Positions 25,101 to 40,100 of a DNA stretch of 64,000 bases are shown here, in pieces. Numbering within the stretch: position 1 is the stretch's first letter; every line of letters begins with the position of its first letter. The notes beneath the pieces were generated by a model. That model was not told the origin of the DNA and did no database searches. It worked only from the letters and a program-made list of their open reading frames with translations. The DNA comes from Leptogorgia sarmentosa (Eukaryota), in NCBI GenBank assembly GCA_964658305.1, contig OZ210884.1, positions 3,410,001 through 3,474,000 on the forward strand, given 5' to 3'. A program made the position numbers and the translations under genes.

Positions 25101-28100
25101 TTGAATACAGAAGGCTGTTCCTTTAAAGTACTATGAATAATCACATTTTTTTGAGATAGTTAATATTATGAATACGAATGTTTAAACCATATAAACTGTA
25201 AATACCTTCATACGGTGAAGACAAATCAATTTCCGAGCCATTTATCACAACGCTTCCTCGCAGGAGTTCGATAGTTACATCAGGGAAAATCACGGTGAGT
25301 GATTTTGTGCAGGAAGGCTCTCCATTTCCACAAGGTTCATTCACTTGTCTTATTTCAAACGTGTTGTTTACTTTAGCCAAAACATATTCACATCTTCCCA
25401 TGAAGTCATAGCGAGTTCCATCAAATGTGGTGTAGTGTGGGTCACCTTTTGCTTTACATGTTGCTTGAACTGTTAAATTTTGCAAAAAAATGATTAATAA
25501 AGCTATTCGTAATCAACAATTTATCATTTGAAACTAGAAACCCTATTTCCAAGGTTATGCAGTCCCGCTAGTGTACTCAATGACAAAAATTAATCTCGAA
25601 AGAAAAACTCGTTTTCTGTTCTTTTCTCAATGGCAAAATTTTACCTAAATGAAAAACTTCAGTCTCACCTAGCTGGCAATCAGGTCCTTCGTAATCACCC
25701 TTACAAACACATTTGAAGATATTGTCCACCTGAACACACTCTTCCTTTTCGCCACAAGAAAGAATGCTACAGTTGGTGGCTAAATAATGAAAGGTACAAA
25801 AATTAATTAGAAATGTAACTGTAGCTATAGCATTATTTTCAGAAAGAGAATAAGGAATTTTAAACAAATTACCTTCGGCTGATCCTATTTTATTTTAGGA
25901 AAAAACCTTTATAGCTACTGCGAGTGTTATGATCTTAAAATATTACAGTTCGTTCAAAGTGTGTACGTGCAAAAAATCTGTTGTGGTAATATATTTTTTG
26001 ATTTTTATTTCTATGCATGGTCTGTACTATGATATACATGGCCTACAGTCTTTTGGAACTTGCAAGTTTCAAGCAATTTGGTGAAAATTTAAACAATTTT
26101 TTTGAATATATAAACCTTTCGTTTATATAATTTCTATATCGTTTATTTCATTTCCCAACGTTTTTAAGAGACATTAATAACTGTCTATAGTGCCGCCCGA
26201 AGAGCCGAATCTAAAACCTGTTGACATTTTGCGATTTATGTTCGAAGAGATCTTATCTTCAATATGATTAACATGTAATCGCATTGGGTCTTCGTAAAAT
26301 TAAGGATTAATTTCACGCGTGTTTTCAAAGTTTCGTGAAAACACGCGTGAAATTAATCCTTAATTTTACTCGGCCCCATGCGATTACCGATTACCTATAC
26401 TAATATTTTGGTAATAACCAAGTTCGAAATGATACATTTTGAGCTGCACCCGTTAAACAAAGACCTCAACATTGTACGGTATTCGTTATGGTATAGATAT
26501 TTCTCTAATATAAATAATTTTTGCCGACTGACTTATTCTCATTAAAATTTCAATTGGTCAATTTATGACCAAGTGTTTCTAGAATAAATTATACATTAAA
26601 TATAGAAATTTAATATGAACCATATTACATAATGAAATCAAATCAGACTCTAAAGAAGACTTGTTTTTGTCTTAATTTTCGACTGATGTGCCTTTTTGCA
26701 ACGATAAATCATTATAAACACCTTTTACTCCCAAAGAAATATGAAATCAATCCCTAGTTTAATAAATATTGTCTCCATCCATAATAAAACATTTAAATGT
26801 AAGCCCAAAAAATGCATGAAAAATTTCTTTTTAGAACAAAATACTAAAAGAAAAATTACCTTGTTCGGAATACTATAGTATTTTTTTAATTAATTAAGAA
26901 TAGTCATTCACAGTGAAATGACAGCAATATGTACGTTTAAATTAATACGAGATGATTGGAAATAAGATTTCAAGGCGAAAAAAATTCTGTAGAAAAACAA
27001 AACGAGACGACTGGTCGAAATAACGAATACCAGCATAACTTTTGCCATTATAAATAAGATACATCTGAAACATGTTTATTAATGAGGTAAACGCTTGAAA
27101 TGAAACAAGCTTCTTTATTTCCCTGCTTTTGGCAAAAGACGTCATAAGGTGATGTATGTGTTTTCAATACATGACAAAATGACGTCAAAAAGTCGTGTTT
27201 GTGTTTTCAATATTTAGTGGTGGCGTCATATCCCCAAATTTGGGCAATTGGCGAACAAATAATGAGTAGTTTTTGTTCGTTTATCCCGTCATTTGTCGAG
27301 AGTGATTTTTATTCAGATTGAATGCATGGAAAACATAAAAAGAATGAAAACAAAAAAAAACACGATAATCAATGGTTAACCCAATAATAAAGAGTAAGAG
27401 TTCAAGGCAAAATAAACATAACGTTTACCTTCGATTTCACAGCGGACACCAGTATACCCAAGAGGGCATGAGCATGAGAACGACGATGGCCCATCGTTTG
27501 AACAAGTACCACCGTTGAAACATGGAGCACTGGCACATGGAGAGGCTAATATAAAAAATAAATCACAATTAACGATGAACAAGGTATACTAGTTATTTTT
27601 TTAAACCTCCCTCGTAAAGTACTACCAAGCTATTCAACAGTTTGTCTCGTAAATTTTCTGTCGTCACTAGATGCGACGTCATTATGGATAACGTCTATAA
27701 TGTCTAATTCTGTCACGATCAATTTTACAGTACAAAATCATTACTTGCATTGTGAGATGGTTAATCTCTTACCACATTGTTGATAACGAGGAAGGTTTAA
27801 CCAGTCAATGTCAACTCCTTCTGAAGCACAGTCACTGACATACGCCTCTATAGCTTGACACAGACAAACTGTAGGATTTTCTTCACAACCACATACATCA
27901 TATTCACAATCTTCAATATAACCTTCCGATTCTACATCAATGACGCTTGAACAACTGTCAAATGGAGCAGTTAATAAAGCCGAACAGTTGGCTACAGCAC
28001 TCGCTTTTCTTTCAGGGTAAGTGTCGCATGGATGGTCCAAATCTGTTGCATCTTCACAATCAGGTTCAGTTTTCCAAGAGTTTCCAAAGTCTACTGCATT

Positions 28101-31100
28101 GTCTAAAGTTGTTCCATTTGGTGCCAAGAAATCATCTTCAGGTTTTCGATTATACGTCCCACACAAACCTGATGTTCTGTTCAGATAGCGACCAAGCACC
28201 GTCACTCTCACATTATGCACGTTATTCCATTCAACTGTCACACCATAATCACTTTCTACTAAAGTTTCTCTAACTTTTGGCTGTGTAATATTCACGCCGG
28301 GTCCTTGAAACACACAAAGGGTGTAAGAATTTTTTTTCAAAACAGAAGGAATATTGAGGAATTTATCAACTTAATGAGAGGTTTGTTTGGAAACATTGCC
28401 TAATTTTTCCTATAGACTGAGGGATAAAGAACCGAGGACTGTGCAATTAGGAACGAAGAAAGATCTTTAACGTAATGACGGAGGAATTGATGTTAATGAC
28501 CGATTCATTTCATGGCTTTTTTCGATCACAATTTGTCCTTAAACTTTTATTTATATGTTCGCAAGCGCGCGGAATGAATTTCTTGAAAGGACAAGATGAC
28601 CGGTTATGGACCAATCAACATGCAGAATTTACTCAGCCATATTCAAAACTGAATTATTGCAACGTTGCCGAGTGGTGTAATGTTTTGCTCTTATACTTGG
28701 TTCATGTAATAAGGCAAAGTCGGCAAGATGATTTTTTCGCTCCCGGAAATCCACCAATCAACGTGTAGCATTTATCTTTTTATCTAATGAAAATAACAGA
28801 CCTGATTTTTTATTTAACGGATAGAAAATTCAACATAAATTTAGTAAAATCTGCTCTGCTCGCGAAACAAACGTAGAACTTTCTTACAATAGTGTTTTCC
28901 AAAATATTAAATATAAAATAATACCGAAGCATTTTCCTTTGAATACAGAAGGCTGTTCCTTTAAAGTACTATGAATAATCACATTTTTTTGAGATAGTTA
29001 ATATTATGAATACGAATGTTTAAACCATATAAACTGTAAATACCTTCATACGGTGAAGACAAATCAATTTCCGAGCCATTTATCACAACGCTTCCTCGCA
29101 GGAGTTCGATAGTTACATCAGGGAAAATCACGGTGAGTGATTTTGTGCAGGAAGGCTCTCCATTTCCACAAGGTTCATTCACTTGTCTTATTTCAAACGT
29201 GTTGTTTACTTTAGCCAAAACATATTCACATCTTCCCATGAAGTCATAGCGAGTTCCATCAAATGTGGTGTAGTGTGGGTCACCTTTTGCTTTACATGTT
29301 GCTTGAACTGTTAAATTTTGCAAAAAAATGATTAATAAAGCTATTCGTAATCAACAATTTATCATTTGAAACTAGAAACCCTATTTCCAAGGTTATGCAG
29401 TCCCGCTAGTGTACTCAATGACAAAAATTAATCTCGAAAGAAAAACTCGTTTTCTGTTCTTTTCTCAATGGCAAAATTTTACCTAAATGAAAAACTTCAG
29501 TCTCACCTAGCTGGCAATCAGGTCCTTCGTAATCATCCTTACAAACACATTTGAAGATATTGTCCACCTGAACACACTCTTCCTTTTCGCCACAAGAAAG
29601 AATGCTACAGTTGGTGGCTAAATAATGAAAGGTACAAAAATTAATTAGAAATGTAACTGTAGCTATAGCATTATTTTCAGAAAGAGAATAAGGAATTTTA
29701 AACAAATTACCTTCGGCTGATCCTATTTTATTTTAGGAAAAAACCTTTATAGCTACTGCAAGTGTTATGATCTTAAAATATTACAGTTCGTTCAAAGTGT
29801 GTACGTGCAATAAATCTGTTGTGGTAATATATTTTTTGATTTTTATTTCTATGCACGGTCTGTACTATGATATACATGGCCTACAGTCTTTAGGAACTTG
29901 CAAGTTTCAAGCAATTTGGTGAAAATTTAAACAATTTTTTGAATATATAAACCTTTCGTTTATATAATTTCTATATCGTTTATTTCATTTCCCAACGTTT
30001 TTAAGAGACATTAATAACTGTCTATAGTGCCGCCCGAAGTGCCGAATCTAAAACCTGTTGACATTTTGCGATTTATGTTCGAAGAGATCTTATCTTCAAT
30101 ATGATTAACATGTAATCGCATTGGGTCTTCGTAAAATTATGGATTAATTTCACGCGTGTTTTCAAAGTTTCGTGAAAACACGCGTGAAATTAATCCTTAA
30201 TTTTACTCGGCCCCATGGGATTACCGATTACCTATACTAATATTTTGGTAATAACCAAGTTCGAAATGATACATTTTGAGCTGCACCCGTTAAACAAAGA
30301 CCTCAACATTGTACGGTATTCGTTATGGTATAGATATTTCTCTAATATAAATAATTTTTGCCGACTGACTTATTCCCATTAAAATTTCAATTGGTCAATT
30401 CATGACCAAGTGTTCCTAGAATAAATTATACATTAAATATAGAAATTTAATATGAACCATATTACATAATGAAATCAAATCAGACTCTAAAGAAGACTTG
30501 TTTTTGTCTTAATTTTCGACTGATGTGCCTTTTTGCAACGATAAATCATTATAAACACCTTTTACTCCCAAAGAAATATGAAATCAATCCCTAGTTTAAT
30601 AAATATTGTCTCCATCCATAATAAAACATTTAAATGTAAGCCCAAAAAATGCATGAAAAATTTCTTTTTAGAACAAAATACTAAAAGAAAAATTACCTTG
30701 TTCGGAATACTATAATATTTTTTTAATTAATTAAGAATAGTCATTCACAGTGAAATGACAGCAATATGTACGTTTAAATTAATACGAGATGATTGGAAAT
30801 AAGATTTCAAGGCGAAAAAAATTCTGTAGAAAAACAAAACGAGACGACTGGTCGAAATAACGAATACCAGCATAACTTTTGCCATTATAAATAAGATACA
30901 TCTGAAACATGTTTATTAATGAGGTAAACGCTTGAAATGAAACAAGCTTCTTTATTTCCCTGCTTTTGGCAAAAGACGTCATAAGGTGATGTATGTGTTT
31001 TCAATACATGACAAAATGACGTCAAAAAGTCGTGTTTGTGTTTTCAATATTTAGTGGTGGCGTCATATCCCCAAATTTGGGCAATTGGCGAACAAATAAT

Positions 31101-34100
31101 GAGTAGTTTTTGTTCGTTTATCCCGTCATTTGTCGGGAGTGATTTTTATTAAGATTGAATGCATGGAAAACATAAAAAGAATGAAAACAAAAAAAAACAC
31201 GATAATCAATGGTTAACCCAATAATAAAGAGTAAGAGTTCAAGGCAAAATAAACATAAAGTTTACCTTCGATTTCACAGCGGACACCAGTATACCCAAGA
31301 GGGCATGAGCATGAGAACGACGATGGCCCATCGTTTGAACAAGTACCACCGTTGAAACATGGAGCACTGGCACATGGAGAGGCTAATATAAAAAATAAAT
31401 CACAATTAACGATGAACAAGGTATACTAGTTATTTTTTTAAACCTCCCTCGTAAAGTACTACCAAGCTATTCAACAGTTTGTCTCGTAAATTTTCTGTCG
31501 TCACTAGATGCGACGTCATTATGGATAACGTCTATAATGTCTAATTCTGTCACGATCAATTTTACAGTACAAAATCATTACTTGCATTGTGAGATGGTTA
31601 ATCTCTTACCACATTGTTGATAACGAGGAAGGTTTAACCAGTCAATGTCAACTCCTTCTGAAGCACAGTCACTGACATACGCCTCTATAGCTTGACACAG
31701 ACAAACTGTAGGATTTTCTTCACAACCACATACATCATATTCACAATCTTCAATATAACCTTCCGATTCTACATCAATGACGCTTGAACAACTGTCAAAT
31801 GGAGCAGTTAATAAAGCCGAACAGTTGGCTACAGCACTCGCTTTTCTTTCAGGGTAAGTGTCGCATGGATGGTCCAAATCTGTTGCATCTTCACAATCAG
31901 GTTCAGTTTTCCAAGAGTTTCCAAAGTCTACTGCATTGTCTAAAGTTGTTCCATTTGGTGCCAAGAAATCATCTTCAGGTTTTCGATTATACGTCCCACA
32001 CAAACCTGATGTTCTGTTCAGATAGCGACCAAGCACCGTCACTCTCACATTATGCACGTTATTCCATTCAACTGTCACACCATAATCACTTTCTACTAAA
32101 GTTTCTCTAACTTTTGGCTGTGTAATATTCACGCCGGGTCCTTGAAACACACAAAGGGTGTAAGAATTTTTTTTCAAAACAGAAGGAATATTGAGGAATT
32201 TATCAACTTAATGAGAGGTTTGTTTGGAAACATTGCCTAATTTTTCCTATAGACTGAGGGATAAAGAACCGAGGACTGTGCAATTAGGAACGAAGAAAGA
32301 TCTTTAACGTAATGACCGAGGAATTGATGTTAATGACCGATTCATTTCATGGCTTTTTTCGATCACAATTTGTCCTTAAACTTTTATTTATATGTTCGCA
32401 AGCGCGCGGAATGAATTTCTTGAAAGGACAAGATGACCGGTTATGGACCAATCAACATGCAGAATTTACTCCGCCATATTCAAAACTGAATTATTGCAAC
32501 GTTGCCGAGTGGTGTAATGTTTTGCTCTTATACTTGGTTCATGTAATAAGGCAAAGTCGACAAGATGATTTTTTCGCTCCCGGAAATCGACCAATCAACG
32601 TGTAGCATTTATCTTTTTATTTAATGAAAATAAACAAACATGATTTTTTATTTAACGGATAGAAAATTCAACATAAATTTAGTAAAATCTGCTCTGCTCG
32701 CGAAACAAACGTAGAACTATCTTACAACAGTGTTTTCCAAAATAATAAATATAAAATAATACCGAAGCATTTTCCTTTAAATACAGAAGGCTGTTCCATT
32801 AAAGTACTGTGAATAATCACATTTTTTTGAGATAGTTAATAATTATTACGAACACGAATGTTTAAACCATATAAACTGTAAATACCTTCATACGGTGAAG
32901 ACAAATCAATTTCCGAGCCATTTATCACAACGCTTCCTCGCAGGAGTTCGATAGTTACATCAGGGAAAATCACGGTGAGTGATTTTGTGCAGGAAGGCTC
33001 TCCATTTCCACAAGGTTCATTCACTTGTCTTATTTCAAACGTGTTGTTTACTTTAGCCAAAACATATTCACATCTTCCCATGAAGTCATAGCGAGTTCCA
33101 TCAAATGTGGTGTAGTGTGGGTCACCTTTTGCTTTACATGTTGCTTGAACTGTTATATTTTGCAAAAAAAATTATTAATAAAACTATTCGTAATCAAGAA
33201 TTTATCATTTGAATCTAGAAACCCTATTTCCCAGGTCATGCAGTCCCGCGAGTGTGCTCAATGACAAAAATTAATCTTGAAAGAAAAACTCGTTTTCTGT
33301 TCTTTTCTCAATGGCAAAATTTTACCTAAATGAAAAACTTCAGTCTCACCTAGCTGGCAATCAGGTCCTTCGTAATCATCCTTACAAACACATTTGAAGA
33401 TATTGTCCACCTGAACACACTCTTCCTTTTCGCCACAAGAAAGAATGCTACAGTTGGTGGCTAAATAATGAAAGGTACAAAAATTAATTAGAAATGTAAC
33501 TGTAGCTATAGCATTATTTTCAGAAAGAGAATAAGGAATTTTAAACAAATTACCTTCGGCTGATCCTATTTTATTTTAGGAAAAAACCTTTATAGCTACT
33601 GCAAGTGTTATGATCTTAAAATATTACAGTTCGTTCAAAGTGTGTACGTGCAATAAATCTGTTGTGGTAATATATTTTTTGATTTTTATTTCTATGCACG
33701 GTCTGTACTATGATATACATGGCCTACAGTCTTTAGGAACTTGCAAGTTTCAAGCAATTTGGTGAAAATTTAAACAATTTTTTGAATATATAAACCTTTC
33801 GTTTATATAATTTCTATATCGTTTATTTCATTTCCCAACGTTTTTAAGAGACATTAATAACTGTCTATAGTGCCGCCCGAAGTGCCGAATCTAAAACCTG
33901 TTGACATTTTGCGATTTATGTTCGAAGAGATCTTATCTTCAATATGATTAACATGTAATCGCATTGGGTCTTCGTAAAATTATGGATTAATTTCACGCGT
34001 GTTTTCAAAGTTTCGTGAAAACACGCGTGAAATTAATCCTTAATTTTACTCGGCCCCATGCGATTACCGATTACCTATACTAATATTTTGGTAATAACCA

Positions 34101-37100
34101 AGTTCGAAATGATACATTTTGAGCTGCACCCGTTAAACAAAGACCTCAACATTGTACGGTATTCGTTATGGTATAGATATTTCTCTAATATAAATAATTT
34201 TTGCCGACTGACTTATTCCCATTAAAATTTCAATTGGTCAATTCATGACCAAGTGTTCCTAGAATAAATTATACATTAAATATAGAAATTTAATATGAAC
34301 CATATTACATAATGAAATCAAATCAGACTCTAAAGAAGACTTGTTTTTGTCTTAATTTTCGACTGATGTGCCTTTTTGCAACGATAAATCATTATAAACA
34401 CCTTTTACTCCCAAAGAAATATGAAATCAATCCCTAGTTTAATAAATATTGTCTCCATCCATAATAAAACATTTAAATGTAAGCCCAAAAAATGCATGAA
34501 AAATTTCTTTTTAGAACAAAATACTAAAAGAAAAATTACCTTGTTCGGAATACTATAATATTTTTTTAATTAATTAAGAATAGTCATTCACAGTGAAATG
34601 ACAGCAATATGTACGTTTAAATTAATACGAGATGATTGGAAATAAGATTTCAAGGCGAAAAAAATTCTGTAGAAAAACAAAACGAGACGACTGGTCGAAA
34701 TAACGAATACCAGCATAACTTTTGCCATTATAAATAAGATACATCTGAAACATGTTTATTAATGAGGTAAACGCTTGAAATGAAACAAGCTTCTTTATTT
34801 CCCTGCTTTTGGCAAAAGACGTCATAAGGTGATGTATGTGTTTTCAATACATGACAAAATGACGTCAAAAAGTCGTGTTTGTGTTTTCAATATTTAGTGG
34901 TGGCGTCATATCCCCAAATTTGGGCAATTGGCGAACAAATAATGAGTAGTTTTTGTTCGTTTATCCCGTCATTTGTCGAGAGTGATTTTTATTAAGATTG
35001 AATGCATGGAAAACATAAAAAGAATGAAAACAAAAAAAAACACGATAATCAATGGTTAACCCAATAATAAAGAGTAAGAGTTCAAGGCAAAATAAACATA
35101 ACGTTTACCTTCGATTTCACAGCGGACACCAGTATACCCAAGAGGGCATGAGCATGAGAACGACGATGGCCCATCGTTTGAACAAGTACCACCGTTGAAA
35201 CATGGAGCACTGGCACATGGAGAGGCTAATATAAAAAATAAACCACAATTAACGATGAACAAGGTATACTAGTTATTTTTTTAAACCTCCCTCGTAAAGT
35301 ACTACCAAGCTATTCAACAGTTTGTCTCGTAAATTTTCTGTCGTCACTAGATGCGACGTCATTATGGATAACGTCTATAATGTCTAATTCTGTCACGATC
35401 AATTTTACAGTACAAAATCATTACTTGCATTGTGAGATGGTTAATCTCTTACCACATTGTTGATAACGAGGAAGGTTTAACCAGTCAATGTCAACTCCTT
35501 CTGAAGCACAGTCACTGACATACGCCTCTATAGCTTGACACAGACAAACTGTAGGATTTTCTTCACAACCACATACATCATATTCACAATCTTCAATATA
35601 ACCTTCCGATTCTACATCAATGACGCTTGAACAACTGTCAAATGGAGCAGTTAATAAAGCCGAACAGTTGGCTACAGCACTCGCTTTTCTTTCAGGGTAA
35701 GTGTCGCATGGATGGTCCAAATCTGTTGCATCTTCACAATCAGGTTCAGTTTTCCAAGAGTTTCCAAAGTCTACTGCATTGTCTAAAGTTGTTCCATTTG
35801 GTGCCAAGAAATCATCTTCAGGTTTTCGATTATACGTCCCACACAAACCTGATGTTCTGTTCAGATAGCGACCAAGCACCGTCACTCTCACATTATGCAC
35901 GTTATTCCATTCAACTGTCACACCATAATCACTTTCTACTAAAGTTTCTCTAACTTTTGGCTGTGTAATATTCACGCCGGGTCCTTGAAACACACAAAGG
36001 GTGTAAGAATTTTTTTTCAAAACAGAAGGAATATTGAGGAATTTATCAACTTAATGAGAGGTTTGTTTGGAAACATTGCCTAATTTTTCCTATAGACTGA
36101 GGGATAAAGAACCGAGGACTGTGCAATTAGGAACGAAGAAAGATCTTTAACGTAATGACCGAGGAATTGATGTTAATGACCGATTCATTTCATGGCTTTT
36201 TTCGATCACAATTTGTCCTTAAACTTTTATTTATATGTTCGCAAGCGCGCGGAATGAATTTCTTGAAAGGACAAGATGACCGGTTATGGACCAATCAACA
36301 TGCAGAATTTACTCCGCCATATTCAAAACTGAATTATTGCAACGTTGCCGAGTGGTGTAATGTTTTGCTCTTATACTTGGTTCATGTAATAAGGCAAAGT
36401 CGACAAGATGATTTTTTCGCTCCCGGAAATCGACCAATCAACGTGTAGCATTTATCTTTTTATTTAATGAAAATAAACAAACATGATTTTTTATTTAACG
36501 GATAGAAAATTCAACATAAATTTAGTAAAATCTGCTCTGCTCGCGAAACAAACGTAGAACTATCTTACAACAGTGTTTTCCAAAATAATAAATATAAAAT
36601 AATACCGAAGCATTTTCCTTTAAATACAGAAGGCTGTTCCATTAAAGTACTGTGAATAATCACATTTTTTTGAGATAGTTAATAATTATTACGAACACGA
36701 ATGTTTAAACCATATAAACTGTAAATACCTTCATACGGTGAAGACAAATCAATTTCCGAGCCATTTATCACAACGCTTCCTCGCAGGAGTTCGATAGTTA
36801 CATCAGGGAAAATCACGGTGAGTGATTTTGTGCAGGAAGGCTCTCCATTTCCACAAGGTTCATTCACTTGTCTTATTTCAAACGTGTTGTTTACTTTAGC
36901 CAAAACATATTCACATCTTCCCATGAAGTCATAGCGAGTTCCATCAAATGTGGTGTAGTGTGGGTCACCTTTTGCTTTACATGTTGCTTGAACTGTTATA
37001 TTTTGCAAAAAAAATTATTAATAAAACTATTCGTAATCAAGAATTTATCATTTGAATCTAGAAACCCTATTTCCCAGGTCATGCAGTCCCGCGAGTGTGC

Positions 37101-40100
37101 TCAATGACAAAAATTAATCTTGAAAGAAAAACTCGTTTTCTGTTCTTTTCTCAATGGCAAAATTTTACCTAAATGAAAAACTTCAGTCTCACCTAGCTGG
37201 CAATCAGGTCCTTCGTAATCATCCTTACAAACACATTTGAAGATATTGTCCACCTGAACACACTCTTCCTTTTCGCCACAAGAAAGAATGCTACAGTTGG
37301 TGGCTAAATAATGAAAGGTACAAAAATTAATTAGAAATGTAACTGTAGCTATAGCATTATTTTCAGAAAGAGAATAAGGAATTTTAAACAAATTACCTTC
37401 GGCTGATCCTATTGTATTTTAGGAAAAAAACTTTATAGCTACTGCACGTGTTATGATCTTAAAATATTACAGTTCGTTCAAAGTGTGTACGTGCAAAAAA
37501 TCTGTTGTGGTAATATATTTTTTGATTTTTATTTCTATGCATGGTCTGTACTATGATATACATGGCCTACAGTCTTTTGGAACTTGCAAGTTTCAAGCAA
37601 TTTGGTGAAAATTTAAACAATTTTTTTGAATATATAAACCTTTCGTTTATATAATTTCTATATCGTTTATTTCATTTCCCAACGTTTTTAAGAGACATTA
37701 ATAACTGTCTATAGTGCCGCCCGAAGTGCCGAATCTAAAACCTGTTGACATTTTGCGATTTATGTTCGAAGAGATCTTATCTTCAATATGATTAACATGT
37801 AATCGCATTGGGTCTTCGTAAAATTATGGATTAATTTCACGCGTGTTTTCAAAGTTTCGTGAAAACACGCGTGAAATTAATCCTTAATTTTACTCGGCCC
37901 CATGCGATTACCGATTACCTATACTAATATTTTGGTAATAACCAAGTTCGAAATGATACATTTTGAGCTGCACCCGTTAAACAAAGACCTCAACATTGTA
38001 CGGTATTCGTTATGGTATAGATATTTCTCTAATATAAATAATTTTTGCCGACTGACTTATTCCCATTAAAATTTCAATTGGTCAATTCATGACCAAGTGT
38101 TTCTAGAATAAATTATACATTAAATATAGAAATTTAATATGAACCATATTACATAATAAAATCAAATCAGACTCTAAAGAAGACTTGTTTTTGTCTTAAT
38201 TTTCGACTGATGTGCCTTTTTGCAACGATAAATCATTATAAACACCTTTTACTCCCAAAGAAATATGAAATCAATCCCTAGTTTGATAAATATTGTCTCC
38301 ATCCATAATAAAACATTTAAATGTAAGCCCAAAAAATGCATGAAAAATTTCTTTTTAGAACAAAATACTAAAAGAAAAATTACCTTGTTCGGAATACTAT
38401 AATATTTTTTTAATTAATTAAGAATAGTCATTCACAGTGAAATGACAGCAATATGTACGTTTAAATTAATACGAGATGATTGGAAATAAGATTTCAAGGC
38501 GAAAAAAATTCTGTAGAAAAACAAAACGAGACGACTGGTCGAAATAACGAATACCAGCATAACTTTTGCCTTTATAAATAAGATACATCTGAAACATGTT
38601 TATTAATGAGGTAAACGCTTGAAATGAAACAAGCTTCTTTATTTCCCTGCTTTTGGCAAAAGACGTCATAAGGTGATGTATGTGTTTTCAATACATGACA
38701 AAATGACGTCAAAAAGTCGTGTTTGTGTTTTCAATATTTAGTGGTGGCGTGATATCCCCAAATTTGGGCAATTGGCGAACAAATAATGAGTAGTTTTTGT
38801 TCGTTTATCCCGTCATTTGTCGAGAGTGATTTTTATTCAGATTGAATGCATGGAAAACATAAAAAGAATGAAAACAAAAAAAAACACGATAATCAATGGT
38901 TAACCCAATAATAAAGAGTAAGAGTTCAAGGCAAAATAAACATAACGTTTACCTTCGATTTCACAGCGGACACCAGTATACCCAAGAGGGCATGAGCATG
39001 AGAACGACGATGGCCCATCGTTTGAACAAGTACCACCGTTGAAACATGGAGCACTGGCACATGGAGAGGCTAATATAAAAAATAAATCACAATTAACGAT
39101 GAACAAGGTATACTAGTTATTTTTTAAACCTCCCTCGTAAAGTACTACCAAGCTATTCAACAGTTTGTCTCGTAAATTTTCTGTCGTCACTAGATGCGAC
39201 GTCATTATGGATAACGTCTATAATGTCTAATTCTGTCACGATCAATTTTACAGTACAAAATCATTACTTGCATTGTGAGATGGTTAATCTCTTACCACAT
39301 TGTTGATAACGAGGAAGGTTTAACCAGTCAATGTCAACTCCTTCTGAAGCACAGTCACTGACATACGCCTCTATAGCTTGACACAGACAAACTGTAGGAT
39401 TTTCTTCACAACCACATACATCATATTCACAATCTTCAATATAACCTTCCGATTCTACATCAATGACGCTTGAACAACTGTCAAATGGAGCAGTTAATAA
39501 AGCCGAACAGTTGGCTACAGCACTCGCTTTTCTTTCAGGGTAAGTGTCGCATGGATGGTCCAAATCTGTTGCATCTTCACAATCAGGTTCAGTTTTCCAA
39601 GAGTTTCAAAAGTCTACTGCATTGTCTAAAGTTGTTCCATTTGGTGCCAAGAAATCATCTTCAGGTTTTCGATTATACGTCCCACACAAACCTGATGTTC
39701 TGTTCAGATAGCGACCAAGCACCGTCACTCTCACATTATGCACGTTATTCCATTCAACTGTCACACCATAATCACTTTCTACTAAAGTTTCTCTAACTTT
39801 TGGCTGTGTAATATTCACGCCGGGTCCTTGAAACACACAAAGGGTGTAAGAATTTTTTTTCAAAACAGAAGGAACATTGAGGAATTTATCAACTTAGTGA
39901 GAGGTTTGTTTGGAAACATTGCCTAATTTTTCCTATAGACTGAGGGATAAAGAACCGAGGACTGTGCAATTTGGACGGAAGAAAGATCTTTAACGTAATG
40001 ACCGAGGAATTGATGTTAATGACCGATTCATTTCATGGCTTTTTTCGATCACAATTTGTTCTTAAACTTTTATTTATATGTTCGCAAGCGCGCGGAATGA

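Noticed and set aside
39606..39608. TGA as selenocysteine or programmed readthrough
   Set aside because: It replaces a conserved Gly, not a Cys, in only one of 11 copies; no SECIS can be assessed in this window.
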